IMG/VR virus record: IMGVR_UViG_3300002916_000001
Location: 11,566-75,565 of that record
DNA: 64,000 nt
Direction: 5' to 3' (one strand)
Source: a virus
A program made the translations under genes and the position numbers. Each line of letters begins with the position of its first letter. Position 1 is the stretch's first letter. This document shows positions 18,556 to 27,636 of the stretch, piece after piece. Below the pieces are notes generated by a model. It ran no database searches. It saw nothing but the letters and a program-made list of their open reading frames with translations, and was not told the DNA's origin.

Positions 18556-20027
18556 GTCAGATGCCCCTGTCTAAAGACAGGGGCTTGTGTCTGGACTCCA
18601 CCTCAATCCAGCATACCTCAAGAGGCGTGCTGCCTTGGCTTCACGATCCGACACATCAGGGCGTTCTGACAATACGCCCGTGCTCATCCAGTCCTGCCGA
18701 ACGAGCAACGTTCTTAACGCTATATTCCTAGCTCCGACCAAATCGCTATGGAGATGATAGTGGCAGCTTTGACAGTCGAACAATAACCCGTGGTTAGGCC
18801 GATTCTTGTCATCGGTATAGCCGCATTTAGGGCAAGCTTTACTTGTGTAGTTGGCATCAACCTTGATGGTCATACACCCGTTCAATGCTGCCTTATAGGC
18901 AATCATACCCTGCAATTCCGCAAAGGACCATTTGGAGTACGCCGTGTTGGCTTTCCTCTGCTTGGTACTTACTTTTTTGCCGTTTTTTGTTCGCTTGCGT
19001 CGTGTTGTTCGCTCTCTGATATCTGTCAACTGCTCCAATCCGATAATGGAGTGCGGATTTCTTTGGATAATGCGTTTTGCTATGACATGGTTTGCATCAG
19101 CTTTCAACCGTCTCTCTCGCCCGCTTATCACTACCAAACGTCTGGTAGCCGAACGAGTGCCTTTTTGCTGAAGTCGTTTTCTCAATCGAGCATAATGGTT
19201 TGCTTTTGCTCGAATCTGTTTACCTGGAAAGAATTGGCTTTCTTCTCTTGTGGTCGCTGCCACTGCTAAATATCTCAATCCTACGTCAACACCAACGACA
19301 CTTTTATGGTCCTCTGGTGTTTGATCCGGTTTCTCAATCTCAAGGGAAACCAGCAAGTAAAATTGTTTCTTCGCCTTGTTGTACCAGAGCTTTGCAGCTC
19401 CAATATCAGCACCTTTCTGGATCAAGGCGACATGCTTGTCATATCCTGTGTAGGGGATAGTCAAGCGCCCATCAACGGTCAAAAAGCCGATATGCCGATC
19501 TTTTTTGAAGTTATAGTCATGCTTATAGTTGACAGTGACGGTAGGAGAAACGTACTTTGGTGCTTGATCCAAACCCTTATAACGTTTCTTGGTTCTACCA
19601 GAAGCACGATCCGCAGCATTCTTCTTGGCCTTTGTCCAAAGCCCTCTATAGGTAGCTCCAACTTGCCTTGGCACATTACATGCCATCTGGGAAGGAAGAC
19701 CATACAAGGCACGGATTTCACCGTAACAATCACTCTGCAATTTACGTGTGTTGCTCGTCTTACCGTGTTCAAATGCGTGCTTCGACACATGGTTTAAAGC
19801 ATCTCTATATGCCAGTTGTGTCTTGCGTAATGCATTGAACTGCTCAGGTGTCGTATTTAATTTAAGTTTTGCAGAAATGATTTGTTTCATAGATATAGTA
19901 TAGCATATCTTCACGCACTTGTCAAGATATTTTTTACCTTGCAGAAGTTGAAAGATTAAACCCAGACTGCGGTCTGCCATTTTTCCACCCCATATCTAAA
20001 GAAAGGGGACACCAAATGGGGCTTTTG
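18556..20027 (-). mobile_element. TnpB-only IS200/IS605-family (IS1341-like) element
   Basis: Subterminal hairpins at both ends (CCCCTTTCTTTAGATATGGGG; CCCCTGTCTTTAGACAGGGG); right end ...ATCTGAC; the flanks rejoin into one hairpin; left boundary uncertain by about 3 nt. Confidence 0.85.
18571..19890 (-). CDS. tnpB: RNA-guided endonuclease TnpB, RuvC triad intact
   Basis: GVDVG, IGLEQL, TSKACPKCG, CQSC, HSDLVGARNI; TTGACA-17-TATACT promoter just upstream. Confidence 0.92.
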   Translation of the reverse strand: MKQIISAKLKLNTTPEQFNALRKTQLAYRDALNHVSKHAFEHGKTSNTRKLQSDCYGEIRALYGLPSQMACNVPRQVGATYRGLWTKAKKNAADRASGRTKKRYKGLDQAPKYVSPTVTVNYKHDYNFKKDRHIGFLTVDGRLTIPYTGYDKHVALIQKGADIGAAKLWYNKAKKQFYLLVSLEIEKPDQTPEDHKSVVGVDVGLRYLAVAATTREESQFFPGKQIRAKANHYARLRKRLQQKGTRSATRRLVVISGRERRLKADANHVIAKRIIQRNPHSIIGLEQLTDIRERTTRRKRTKNGKKVSTKQRKANTAYSKWSFAELQGMIAYKAALNGCMTIKVDANYTSKACPKCGYTDDKNRPNHGLLFDCQSCHYHLHSDLVGARNIALRTLLVRQDWMSTGVLSERPDVSDREAKAARLLRYAGLRWSPDTSPCL

Positions 20028-20192
20028 TTGCAGGGATGACGGGGCTCTGCTATGCCCACCAAGTCTCAACACTTCGATGCCCCTATTTGGCTCTACAATG
20101 CGATTCTGGAAGAGGTCATATCACCCTATAAAAAATACCATCATTGCCACTTCTCATCAATTTGAGCCTCAAGAAACCCACATTGCAGAGGC

Positions 20193-20429
20193 TTACCATT
20201 CTCGCCACGCATCGTCCTTGACCTCCTCGCCTTTCCCTGCCACTTCACTGATGTCCCCCGAGAGCAATGCTTTCACTGAGCACTCGAAGATTTCAGCGCA
20301 CCTGAGCAACGTGTGCACCCTGCATACGTGCCCGCCCGTGCTCAATATCGCTGATCGATGATACCCGTGCGAATCCAAGGAGGTCGGCGAGTGTGCGTTG
20401 ATCCATTCCACGATTGCGACGATAGGCAC
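20193..20429 (-). CDS. possible degenerate HTH protein
   Basis: VHTLLRCAEIFECSVKALL resembles an XRE C-terminus. Confidence 0.35.
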   Translation of the reverse strand: MPIVAIVEWINAHSPTSLDSHGYHRSAILSTGGHVCRVHTLLRCAEIFECSVKALLSGDISEVAGKGEEVKDDAWREW

Positions 20430-20465
20430 TGATGGCAGTGCCTATCGTGGGGTAGCAAGGTTCGA

Positions 20466-20825
20466 TCATAGCAACTCCATCGCCATCTGCCCTGCCATCA
20501 TTGCACCCTCACGGCGTTTGCGTTGCCTTGTCTCCTTGGCGTGCGCAATGTGTTCATCGAGGTCAAGGCGGAGATGGCAAGCTTGGCACGCAGCTTTCAG
20601 GTTCTCACGCCTGACATCATGTTTATCGTGCTTGTCTCCCTTCATGCCCGATGGATAATCGACCCCTAAATGGGCAACGGTGAGCACGACGCGCCCTGCT
20701 CTCCCTGACTTCAATGGAGAGCCGTTGTGGGCTCCACAAAACTCGCAGCGATTCAGCGCAATGCGACGGATGGTCCTTGAGATCTTGGGCCAAGCAGTGG
20801 GATAGCGATGTTTATCCATTGGCAT
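20466..20825 (-). CDS. HNH endonuclease-like protein
   Basis: RCEFCG...VVLTVAHL...ENLKAACQACH. Confidence 0.75.
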   Translation of the reverse strand: MPMDKHRYPTAWPKISRTIRRIALNRCEFCGAHNGSPLKSGRAGRVVLTVAHLGVDYPSGMKGDKHDKHDVRRENLKAACQACHLRLDLDEHIAHAKETRQRKRREGAMMAGQMAMELL

Positions 20826-20837
20826 GGGTGTCACCTC

Positions 20838-21172
20838 CTAGTGAAACCTGAGCGATGTCTGCTCAATTCCAGGCCACGTGTCGTCTACAGGTTGATAGAA
20901 CCATTCTGGCTCGAACATGTCAGCGCAGTACTCTTCCAATTGCCGTTCATTCGGCACACTTCAAGTCGGTTATAGCCGTATTCACAACGCTGTTTCTTTG
21001 CTCGTTCAATCAATCGACCTATACGCGGCTCTAGATGTATTGCTGCCTGTACATACATGTTGCTATTTATCCGTTCAAGCAGTCTCTTCTTGGAAATTGG
21101 CCTTTCATCCTGATAATACATCTGAGGATAGATCCACTCACCTTGACTGTTTTGATATGCTGATTTAACCAT
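20838..21172 (-). pseudogene. frameshifted or internally deleted hypothetical gene
   Basis: An alternative frame from about 20955 (PNERQLEEYCADMFEPEWFYQP...RFH*) ends at the RBS of the next gene. Confidence 0.45.
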
Positions 21173-21192
21173 TATTCTGCCTCCATTAACTA

Positions 21193-22806
21193 TTATGCAG
21201 TTACTAACTTTTTCTCTCTACGTTCATTCTTCCTACGAATATACTCATCCCGTGCTTCTCGTTGATGTTGCTTTGCTTCATCTTGGAGATCCTTGACTCT
21301 TTGCTCCAAGGAATATCCAGGCTCTTGCCGTGTCACCATTGCGCACCCACCAGGAATAAGATCAATGACTGCTTGGACACGGGCATTGAATTGGTCTTCG
21401 GAGCTAGAGCGATGATCCAGATAGTGCTCATTGCAATACATAGTGCCATCGATTTCATGCGTTGCCGGTGTTTCCTTTTTGATATCTAGGCAGTCGCTGC
21501 ACCAATCAGGGCCATCTTCAAAGAGGTCTGATCTACAGTTTTTACAATAAAGATTGCCATTTATGAAATCATGCCTCAATTCAGAGGCACCCTGGGGGAT
21601 CTTGTCAGAGTCCCAACCCTCAAAGGATGGAATACGTTGCTGGCAGGAGTAGCACTGCTCATCAAAAGTCTGAATCTGACTTGGCTCTATTTCAATTGCC
21701 TCTGCCCCCACAGTCTTACCCATTCCCTGCTCTATCCATGCACGGATATCCCAGTTGTCCAGGAGCATATCATTGATATCGGGTAGGAAGGGGCGTAGCC
21801 GTCTTGCATTGGGCAGCCGTTCTAGCCACCACTTTGACTCTTTATCGCCAGCTGCATCGGCATCAAGGGCAACCAAGACTAACGGCATGAGTGCAAGCCT
21901 TGCCAGGTTGGCTACATTCTGCCCACACTGCACGCCAGTCGTTGCCACAACATTGACTATATCGCTGCATTCCTGGACTACTGACAAGGCATCCAGGGGG
22001 CCTTCAGTGAGCACTGTGGGTCTTTTCATTCTCAGGCAATCTGCCATATAAAGTTCGTCAGTGGAACTGCCTTTAGCATTCTTCCATCGTTCGTCCTTTG
22101 GACAATCGGGGCGCAAGTCACGACGAAAGATTGTGAAGTACCAACCAGACTCATAATCATGAAAGTAGAAGTTTTGCAGGGGGATAATCATGCGTGGGAC
22201 ACCTCCTTGTGCAGAGTAGCCTAAGCGGGCTTTTCTGATTGTCTCATCCTGCAGCCCGCGTCCTCTTGCATACTCAAGCCCTGGCAGTCCCTCGGCAGTC
22301 CAGATGCTTTCGCGGTAGTCCTCCATAGCTCTATGGACTTCCTCTTGCCAGGTAATCGAGCGATAGTCAGAATGTGCATGTCTTTGCCGTTGCGTGGGCT
22401 TTCTAGTGGCTTGTTGCTCTCTCTCAGCTCCCAAGTCCAGGAGATGTTTCTCTGCCCGTTCGTATCGCCATCGTTTTTCGTAGGCGTACCGTTTGTAGGC
22501 GTTTTCAAATGAGAGCATGCCATCATCTATAGCCTTCAGAATAGCATCATCTAGGGAGATATGCCGGTAGTGCATAAGATAGCTGACTTCGTCTCCCCAT
22601 CCACGTTTCCTATCCCTGCCAGAAATCACCTCTGCAGAGTCCCAGCATCCACGGCACATAAACACCCAGGAGTATCCATTCCATCTCACACTAAATCCGT
22701 CCCTCTGACACCCACAATTTGGATCAGGGCAAGGTCCAGAGTATTCTTTTGCTGCTTTCTTCTTTAGTCGTGTATCTTCTTGTGCTAAACCCAGAATGTT
22801 CAACAT
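21193..22806 (-). CDS. second DNA primase (Zn-binding + TOPRIM)
   Basis: GPCPDPNCG..DGF..CRGC; VLTEGPLDA; LDADAAGD; DINDM. Confidence 0.85.
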   Translation of the reverse strand: MLNILGLAQEDTRLKKKAAKEYSGPCPDPNCGCQRDGFSVRWNGYSWVFMCRGCWDSAEVISGRDRKRGWGDEVSYLMHYRHISLDDAILKAIDDGMLSFENAYKRYAYEKRWRYERAEKHLLDLGAEREQQATRKPTQRQRHAHSDYRSITWQEEVHRAMEDYRESIWTAEGLPGLEYARGRGLQDETIRKARLGYSAQGGVPRMIIPLQNFYFHDYESGWYFTIFRRDLRPDCPKDERWKNAKGSSTDELYMADCLRMKRPTVLTEGPLDALSVVQECSDIVNVVATTGVQCGQNVANLARLALMPLVLVALDADAAGDKESKWWLERLPNARRLRPFLPDINDMLLDNWDIRAWIEQGMGKTVGAEAIEIEPSQIQTFDEQCYSCQQRIPSFEGWDSDKIPQGASELRHDFINGNLYCKNCRSDLFEDGPDWCSDCLDIKKETPATHEIDGTMYCNEHYLDHRSSSEDQFNARVQAVIDLIPGGCAMVTRQEPGYSLEQRVKDLQDEAKQHQREARDEYIRRKNERREKKLVTA

Positions 22807-22833
22807 TTTCTTTCCCCCAAATCTTTGCGTCGC

Positions 22834-22939
22834 AACTTTACGACATTACGACACTCCTAAAGGAGTGTGTCGTAATGTCGTAAAGTTTTGGGCCATGTGC
22901 AGTGCGCAATGTCGCGAAATTGTCGTAATGTCGTAAAGT
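22834..22939. repeat. iteron/cruciform putative replication origin
   Basis: AACTTTACGACATTACGACA (22834-22853) inverted to 22868-22887; third copy TGTCGTAATGTCGTAAAGT at 22921-22939. Confidence 0.75.
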
Positions 22940-22950
22940 GAAAGTATGTT

Positions 22951-24294
22951 CTATATAGCATATTCATCGTCATTCTCTCCAACCGTGCTAAAACCCGATT
23001 TCTTAATGTAGGTATCATGTTTACCCTGATTCTCTTTCCTCTCAATCAGTCCCTTTTCCTCGAACAAGTCCCTAAATCGCTCCAAGGTCCTGCGTGAGAC
23101 ACCGACATTGGCATCTTCCACAAACTTGCACCATTCACCTAATGTCAATCCACTAACAAGCAAATCTAAGCACTGACGTTGTTTGGGATTAAGGTCATTT
23201 TTTAATGGAGCATCTGAAGGAACTACCACGCAAGAGGTAATTGTTTCCCCCGTTTCTGGATGTGCATAAAGCGGAATGACCTTGAGTTCAAGGTGGATAT
23301 CAGCGAATTGCTCTGCATCTCTTTGCTTGTTGCAACTGAGAACAATCGGGCTTTCTTTGCTGGGATGAGTTAGGTCTATCATGGTGTCTACGTGATTTCT
23401 GAATGCAGCACTCCCATTCACTTTTCCTGTCCAGTTTGCATGGTGAACGATCATGCAGTGGCATCCATACCTCTGGCTTATTTCATGAAGCACCATGAGT
23501 GCCTGCGTGACTTCCATTTGATCGTTCTGATTGGTCCCCACAGCGCACATGCTATAGTTATCTACAATCAGAAGCGATGGTTTCTCATCAGCCTCTTCGA
23601 GAGTATCAAGCAGTTCTCGATAGTGATCCTTTAACTGGACGGGCCATGTGATGAACTCGATATTGGGGGTTTTTCCCCTACCGCATTCTTTTCTCCATGC
23701 GGCAGTGCGAAGTTTTAGCCCATGACCTCCCTCTGTGTTGATGTACCAAACCTTGCCTTGTTTAACAGGACGCCCAAACCAGTGAATACCATGAGCTATG
23801 CAGTATGCTATGTTGAGTGCATTGAACGTTTTTCCTGTACCGCTTGGCCCGAAAATCATGCTAACGCCACATGCTTGCAGAGTGTTCCCGATCAAGTATT
23901 CAATATCTGGCAGTGCATCAATATCATCCTCTGTATACCGAATGATAACCTTTTTGCCATTCTTGCCAATCTTGAAACGATGGTCATTTTGCTCCCCCGC
24001 AGGCGCTGGAACTCCGACAACAGAGCGCCAGTCATTAAGCAGTGGATGGTCCGTTTCTGCATAGACATCGTATGCCTTCCAGAAATCTTCTTCGTCGCCA
24101 TCTATGCGTATCCTGCGCAATGCAGTGGCTATATCACGGTAAATACTAGAGAGCTTGTTGATTTCCTCCAAGGTTGGCGTTGGATCGTTAATTCGTATGC
24201 GGCTTGCGATATCAATAAAAGCCTGCTGACGTTCATTGGGAGGCTGCTTGGATTGTTTCTTGCGGTCTCTGTATTCTTCAATACCTACAACCAT
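22951..24294 (-). CDS. AAA_25/RepA-like helicase
   Basis: IFGPSGTGKT, YINTEG, LLIVDNY, IVHH, GSAAF. Confidence 0.88.
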   Translation of the reverse strand: MVVGIEEYRDRKKQSKQPPNERQQAFIDIASRIRINDPTPTLEEINKLSSIYRDIATALRRIRIDGDEEDFWKAYDVYAETDHPLLNDWRSVVGVPAPAGEQNDHRFKIGKNGKKVIIRYTEDDIDALPDIEYLIGNTLQACGVSMIFGPSGTGKTFNALNIAYCIAHGIHWFGRPVKQGKVWYINTEGGHGLKLRTAAWRKECGRGKTPNIEFITWPVQLKDHYRELLDTLEEADEKPSLLIVDNYSMCAVGTNQNDQMEVTQALMVLHEISQRYGCHCMIVHHANWTGKVNGSAAFRNHVDTMIDLTHPSKESPIVLSCNKQRDAEQFADIHLELKVIPLYAHPETGETITSCVVVPSDAPLKNDLNPKQRQCLDLLVSGLTLGEWCKFVEDANVGVSRRTLERFRDLFEEKGLIERKENQGKHDTYIKKSGFSTVGENDDEYAI

Positions 24295-24412
24295 CTCTTT
24301 AAGTCTCCGCTTCCTACGAAATTAGTTTTACTATTTTAAACTGTCAAGACCCGTTCCCAGTGAAAGAGCACTGATTTTACAACGAACTGCTCTGCTTTTT
24401 CAATGGTAGCCC

Positions 24413-24517
24413 TTGACATTCACTGTAGAGGTTGCGTATACTAACAATCAGAATTTGAAATTGCCATATGGCAGGATACCCAGTTGATGATTGATGCCCA
24501 TCGGCTGGGTTATTTTT
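24413..24517 (+). ncRNA. putative ~70-nt counter-transcribed sRNA (promoter + terminator)
   Basis: TTGACA-18-TATACT, then hairpin ACCCAGTTGATG/CATCGGCTGGGT and a T-run; no ORF. Confidence 0.55.
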
Positions 24518-24767
24518 ATGCCACACTTTTGCTTTGCTGGCTCCTGCCTTCTGCATCATTGACAGAGGCTTGTCTCTTCTCCTCAAGTATTCTTGCCGAC
24601 TCTTTGCGCTGTTCGTCAATATATGCATCCAAGTCAGACTCTTCGAACTTCCAAGACTTGCCTATTTTGACTGGATGAAGTTTGTCTTGGTCCATCAATC
24701 TATATATGGTTCGTTCACTGACTCCCAGCGACTTGGCTGTGTCGGTTATGCTTAACCACCGGCTCAT
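24516..24767 (-). CDS. HTH_17/Xis-like DNA-binding protein
   Basis: WLSITDTAKSLGVSERTIYRLMDQDKLHPVKIGKSWKF. Confidence 0.88.
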   Translation of the reverse strand: MSRWLSITDTAKSLGVSERTIYRLMDQDKLHPVKIGKSWKFEESDLDAYIDEQRKESARILEEKRQASVNDAEGRSQQSKSVA

Positions 24768-24793
24768 ATTGTTGGTCTCCTTTCTGCTATCCT

Positions 24794-24912
24794 AGAATAC
24801 CATGCTTGGCAGGGTTTGTCAAGGATTGGCAGGGATTGCATAGTACTTCTCTGTTATTTCATCACGCCCCTACGCCGCGCTTTTCCCTGATCTTCCCTGA
24901 TCTTCCCTGCCA
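24794..24912 (-). promoter_or_regulatory. promoter with CAGGG-core repeats
   Basis: TTGACA-17-TATTCT; TTGGCAGGG twice around the -35; TTCCCTG three times at 10-bp period (24883-24912). Confidence 0.65.
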
Positions 24913-24923
24913 TCAGTGAAGGA

Positions 24924-25142
24924 TCAACGAGAGACGGTACATTTCTGCGCAACGTACTCTGCGCCTACCTTGTCGATATGGACTTTGTCGTGCCCGTCTT
25001 CGATGTAAAATAGCCGTGCGAGCTTGCCCTCAACTTTGACGCCTGTAACTAGCATATCCTTGCTGCGTCCCCTGATAGAGTCGCCTTCCTTGAAATCCTC
25101 GATTGCACGCCATTCGTGCGTCTCAGATATACTCTTGCCCAT
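24924..25142 (-). CDS. hypothetical protein
   Basis: RBS AAAGGA. Confidence 0.55.
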   Translation of the reverse strand: MGKSISETHEWRAIEDFKEGDSIRGRSKDMLVTGVKVEGKLARLFYIEDGHDKVHIDKVGAEYVAQKCTVSR

Positions 25143-25163
25143 TGTGAAATCCTTTCTGCTATG

Positions 25164-25529
25164 TTATTCCTCGCCTTTCTTTGGTAGCCGTGCAAGGATC
25201 TCTTGCAGCGTTGCATCAATGCCATCGAAGCGCTTGCCATGCTCTTGTTGCCTATCCCTGAAATCAGCCTGGCTTTCCTTGATGGCAATGATGTCTGCCT
25301 TGACGCCTTGTATATCGGTTCCCATGACTTCCATCTTTTGCTGAAGCACGCCAATGTTCGTGTTTGCCTGCCCTACCTCTTTGAATGTCTTCATGAGCAG
25401 TTCCCCCTGGGCTTTCTGCTCATCCGACAAATCTTTCAACGTTTCTGTGTGCTTCTCAAGTGTTCGCTCAGTCTCTATTTGCTGCTCTTCAATCGCTTTG
25501 AAACGACGTTCAACGAGCTTGTCTTCCAT
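25164..25529 (-). CDS. coiled-coil hypothetical protein
   Basis: RBS AAGGGGG before ATG 25529; heptad pattern. Confidence 0.6.
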   Translation of the reverse strand: MEDKLVERRFKAIEEQQIETERTLEKHTETLKDLSDEQKAQGELLMKTFKEVGQANTNIGVLQQKMEVMGTDIQGVKADIIAIKESQADFRDRQQEHGKRFDGIDATLQEILARLPKKGEE

Positions 25530-25725
25530 TGGCAATCCCCCTTCCCTGTATGCTATGCTTTCATTGGTTTTCTCATTGCATTTCCATGGCCCTCTACGAC
25601 GCCTCTCGGCACGGGTGGGATCTCTGAAGCTCATGGAAGTGCACTGCCATCCTCGCCTTGCGCTGACATTCGTAGAATGCAGTGAGCGCAAGGCAAGGGC
25701 TAGGCGGCACCTCACGCGAATTGTT

Positions 25726-26220
25726 TCATGCCTCTATGTCCCTTGGAAGGTGGTCTCTTGTGAGATAATGCCAAGGGTCAGGGCAGCATTGACTTCCCTC
25801 CGTATCTATAACCAATCGAATAGCGGTCATGGATACGTTGAAAAGCGCTGCATACTCTTTTCTTGAAAGGTTATAAGCATTAAAGCGAACAATCGCAGCT
25901 TGCTCATCTGTTAACCTCCTTGTGGCAACGTTGTACCCTTTAGGGGCAATGCTTGGAATTTTTCTGATCCAATATCTTTCGCATTCTCTCATCAGCTTTT
26001 CATCAGAGATTAGCTCTATGCATTCAACAGAAAACTTCTCTACCCCAATTTTCCACATTGCCCTATGAAGGGAATTGCAGTCATATCCTGGATGTTCCTC
26101 AGAGTACCATTTTGCTTTGCTGATGTGGGTTTTCCACCGCTGTTCGATGTGAACAGATGATCCAATGTAAATCAAGCCATTCACGCTGTTTGTGATCTTG
26201 TAAACACCACTTGTAGGCAT
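25726..26220 (-). CDS. GIY-YIG endonuclease
   Basis: SGVYKITN..NGLIYIGSS...R..H; ERYWI; GYN. Confidence 0.85.
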   Translation of the reverse strand: MPTSGVYKITNSVNGLIYIGSSVHIEQRWKTHISKAKWYSEEHPGYDCNSLHRAMWKIGVEKFSVECIELISDEKLMRECERYWIRKIPSIAPKGYNVATRRLTDEQAAIVRFNAYNLSRKEYAALFNVSMTAIRLVIDTEGSQCCPDPWHYLTRDHLPRDIEA

Positions 26221-26314
26221 TAGTCCAACTTCCCTGTGCTATAATAGCACTATCGATTTCAAAGGTATGCAGCGATTGCAAAGATTCGCCCCTGAGTTTC
26301 ACTGCATACCTGGA

Positions 26315-26545
26315 TCACGCCACACCTTCTAAGGATTGGCTTTTCTCCTCTTCAAACACTATTAGATCTCCAGGTTCAACACCGAGTGCTTTTGCGATCT
26401 TTCCAAGTTCTGCCAAGTCGACAGTACCTGTTTTGTTGTTCCAATAGCGATTAAGCAATGGCGGTGTAACCTTTGCTTCTATTTGCAGATGCGATTGCCT
26501 GATTCCTCTAGCTTCTGCAACTTCTTTGATTCGTAACTTTACCAT
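26315..26545 (-). CDS. Cro/C1-type repressor (HTH_26)
   Basis: LRIKEVAEARGI.QS.L.....VTPPLLNRYWNN....VDLAELGKIAKALGVEPGDL. Confidence 0.85.
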   Translation of the reverse strand: MVKLRIKEVAEARGIRQSHLQIEAKVTPPLLNRYWNNKTGTVDLAELGKIAKALGVEPGDLIVFEEEKSQSLEGVA

Positions 26546-26583
26546 AAGCATGACCTCCGGCATGCGCCATTAATCTTGTAATT

Positions 26584-26686
26584 AGGATACCATTTTTTAA
26601 CATTGGTGTCAATATCACTGAGTATTCATTCCCATGTAAAAATTGGTCTAAAATATATTGACATTAATACGCTAGTGTGTTATTAT
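26584..26686. promoter_or_regulatory. divergent promoters (genetic switch)
   Basis: Minus TTGACA-17-TATCCT (26612-26584); plus TTGACA-17-TATTAT (26658-26686). Confidence 0.8.
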
Positions 26687-26852
26687 TCGATTGTGAGGTT
26701 GAGGAAGTGAGGAGAGCACACTGAAAAATTAAATACCGCGACTTCGAAGAGCAGGCTCCTCTGCAATGGTTCCCCTTGTTGGACTTGTCCAAGGGTGCAA
26801 ACGGGAGGAAGCGAGGCAAGCTCAAGACTACAGGCAGAAGTCGGGAATACAC

Positions 26853-26937
26853 GAGAGCGATGGCCCCAGCTACAACATCGGAGTTATGGTATCCGGTCCC
26901 TTGCGCTGGTGAGAGGATTCGATTTCCTCTGCTCTCA
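26853..26937 (+). ncRNA. tRNA-like structured RNA in the early leader
   Basis: Acceptor-like stem GAGAGCG/TGCTCTC+A; T-arm GAGGA-TTCGATT-TCCTC; non-canonical middle. Confidence 0.55.
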
Positions 26938-26990
26938 TTGACCTGCCCCGCGAGGCATTGAAACGTCAACGAATAACAAGGAGTAAACCA

Positions 26991-27201
26991 ATGACCAAAC
27001 ACGGAACGCCAGTGGTTTTCAAGGATGAGACCACGAACACCTTCGAAGTCATCGGAATACGGTGACATCTCAAGGAAGATTGCCTCTGACTTCAAGGACA
27101 TCAATGAAGTTAGTGAGTGGGTACGGGCGCAGGATGGTGCAATGAGGGCAAGGGGCAATCATTTCCTACTTGGTGATTATAGGGAGATATATCTCCCATA
27201 A
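26991..27201 (+). pseudogene. small gene with a 1-nt frameshift
   Basis: MTKHGTPVVFKDETTNTFEVI then an extra G at about 27054; removing it continues EYGDISRKIASDF...YLP*. Confidence 0.55.
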
Positions 27202-27301
27202 TCAAAAAGGGCGATAGGTACAGCCTCTGACGGTCATGCGTCAATCGCCCTTTGCCTGCCCCGCGTGGCAGGGAGATCATCGATAATCAAGGAGGAGCCC
27301 T

Positions 27302-27466
27302 ATGTGGTTCTTTGTGGCATCCCTGTGCGCAGCCTATGTCTTTGTCGGCATTGCCCTCTTTTGTGGGGCATGCTATACAGGCAACTGGATATTGATAGCA
27401 CTATCCATTGATGGATATGTGCTGAATCTCTTTATACTGGAATACGCAAAAGGCAAGGATTGGTAA
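27302..27466 (+). CDS. 54-aa membrane protein
   Basis: RBS AAGGAGGAG; hydrophobic sequence. Confidence 0.6.
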   Translation: MWFFVASLCAAYVFVGIALFCGACYTGNWILIALSIDGYVLNLFILEYAKGKDW

Positions 27467-27477
27467 AAGGAGTAAGT

Positions 27478-27633
27478 ATGTTCACCGAAATCACCGTATT
27501 CTTCGCAACTACAGCGAATAACATTGCAGCGTTCTTTGCCAACAATGCACTTTTCGTTGCAGGCAATGTGGCAGCGTTGCTACTCACCGTTTCAATCATC
27601 GTGGCTTGGGAGATTGCCAAGCAGAGGAGATAA
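27478..27633 (+). CDS. 51-aa membrane protein
   Basis: RBS AAGGAG; hydrophobic helix followed by KQRR. Confidence 0.6.
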   Translation: MFTEITVFFATTANNIAAFFANNALFVAGNVAALLLTVSIIVAWEIAKQRR

Positions 27634-27636
27634 GCC

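Noticed and set aside
22834-22939. CRISPR array
   Set aside because: The repeats are inverted or adjacent with no regular unique spacers; no array is seen anywhere in the window.
26853-26937. Canonical tRNA gene
   Set aside because: No proper D-arm or anticodon arm, A-T instead of G-C closing the T-loop, and no CCA; kept only as tRNA-like.
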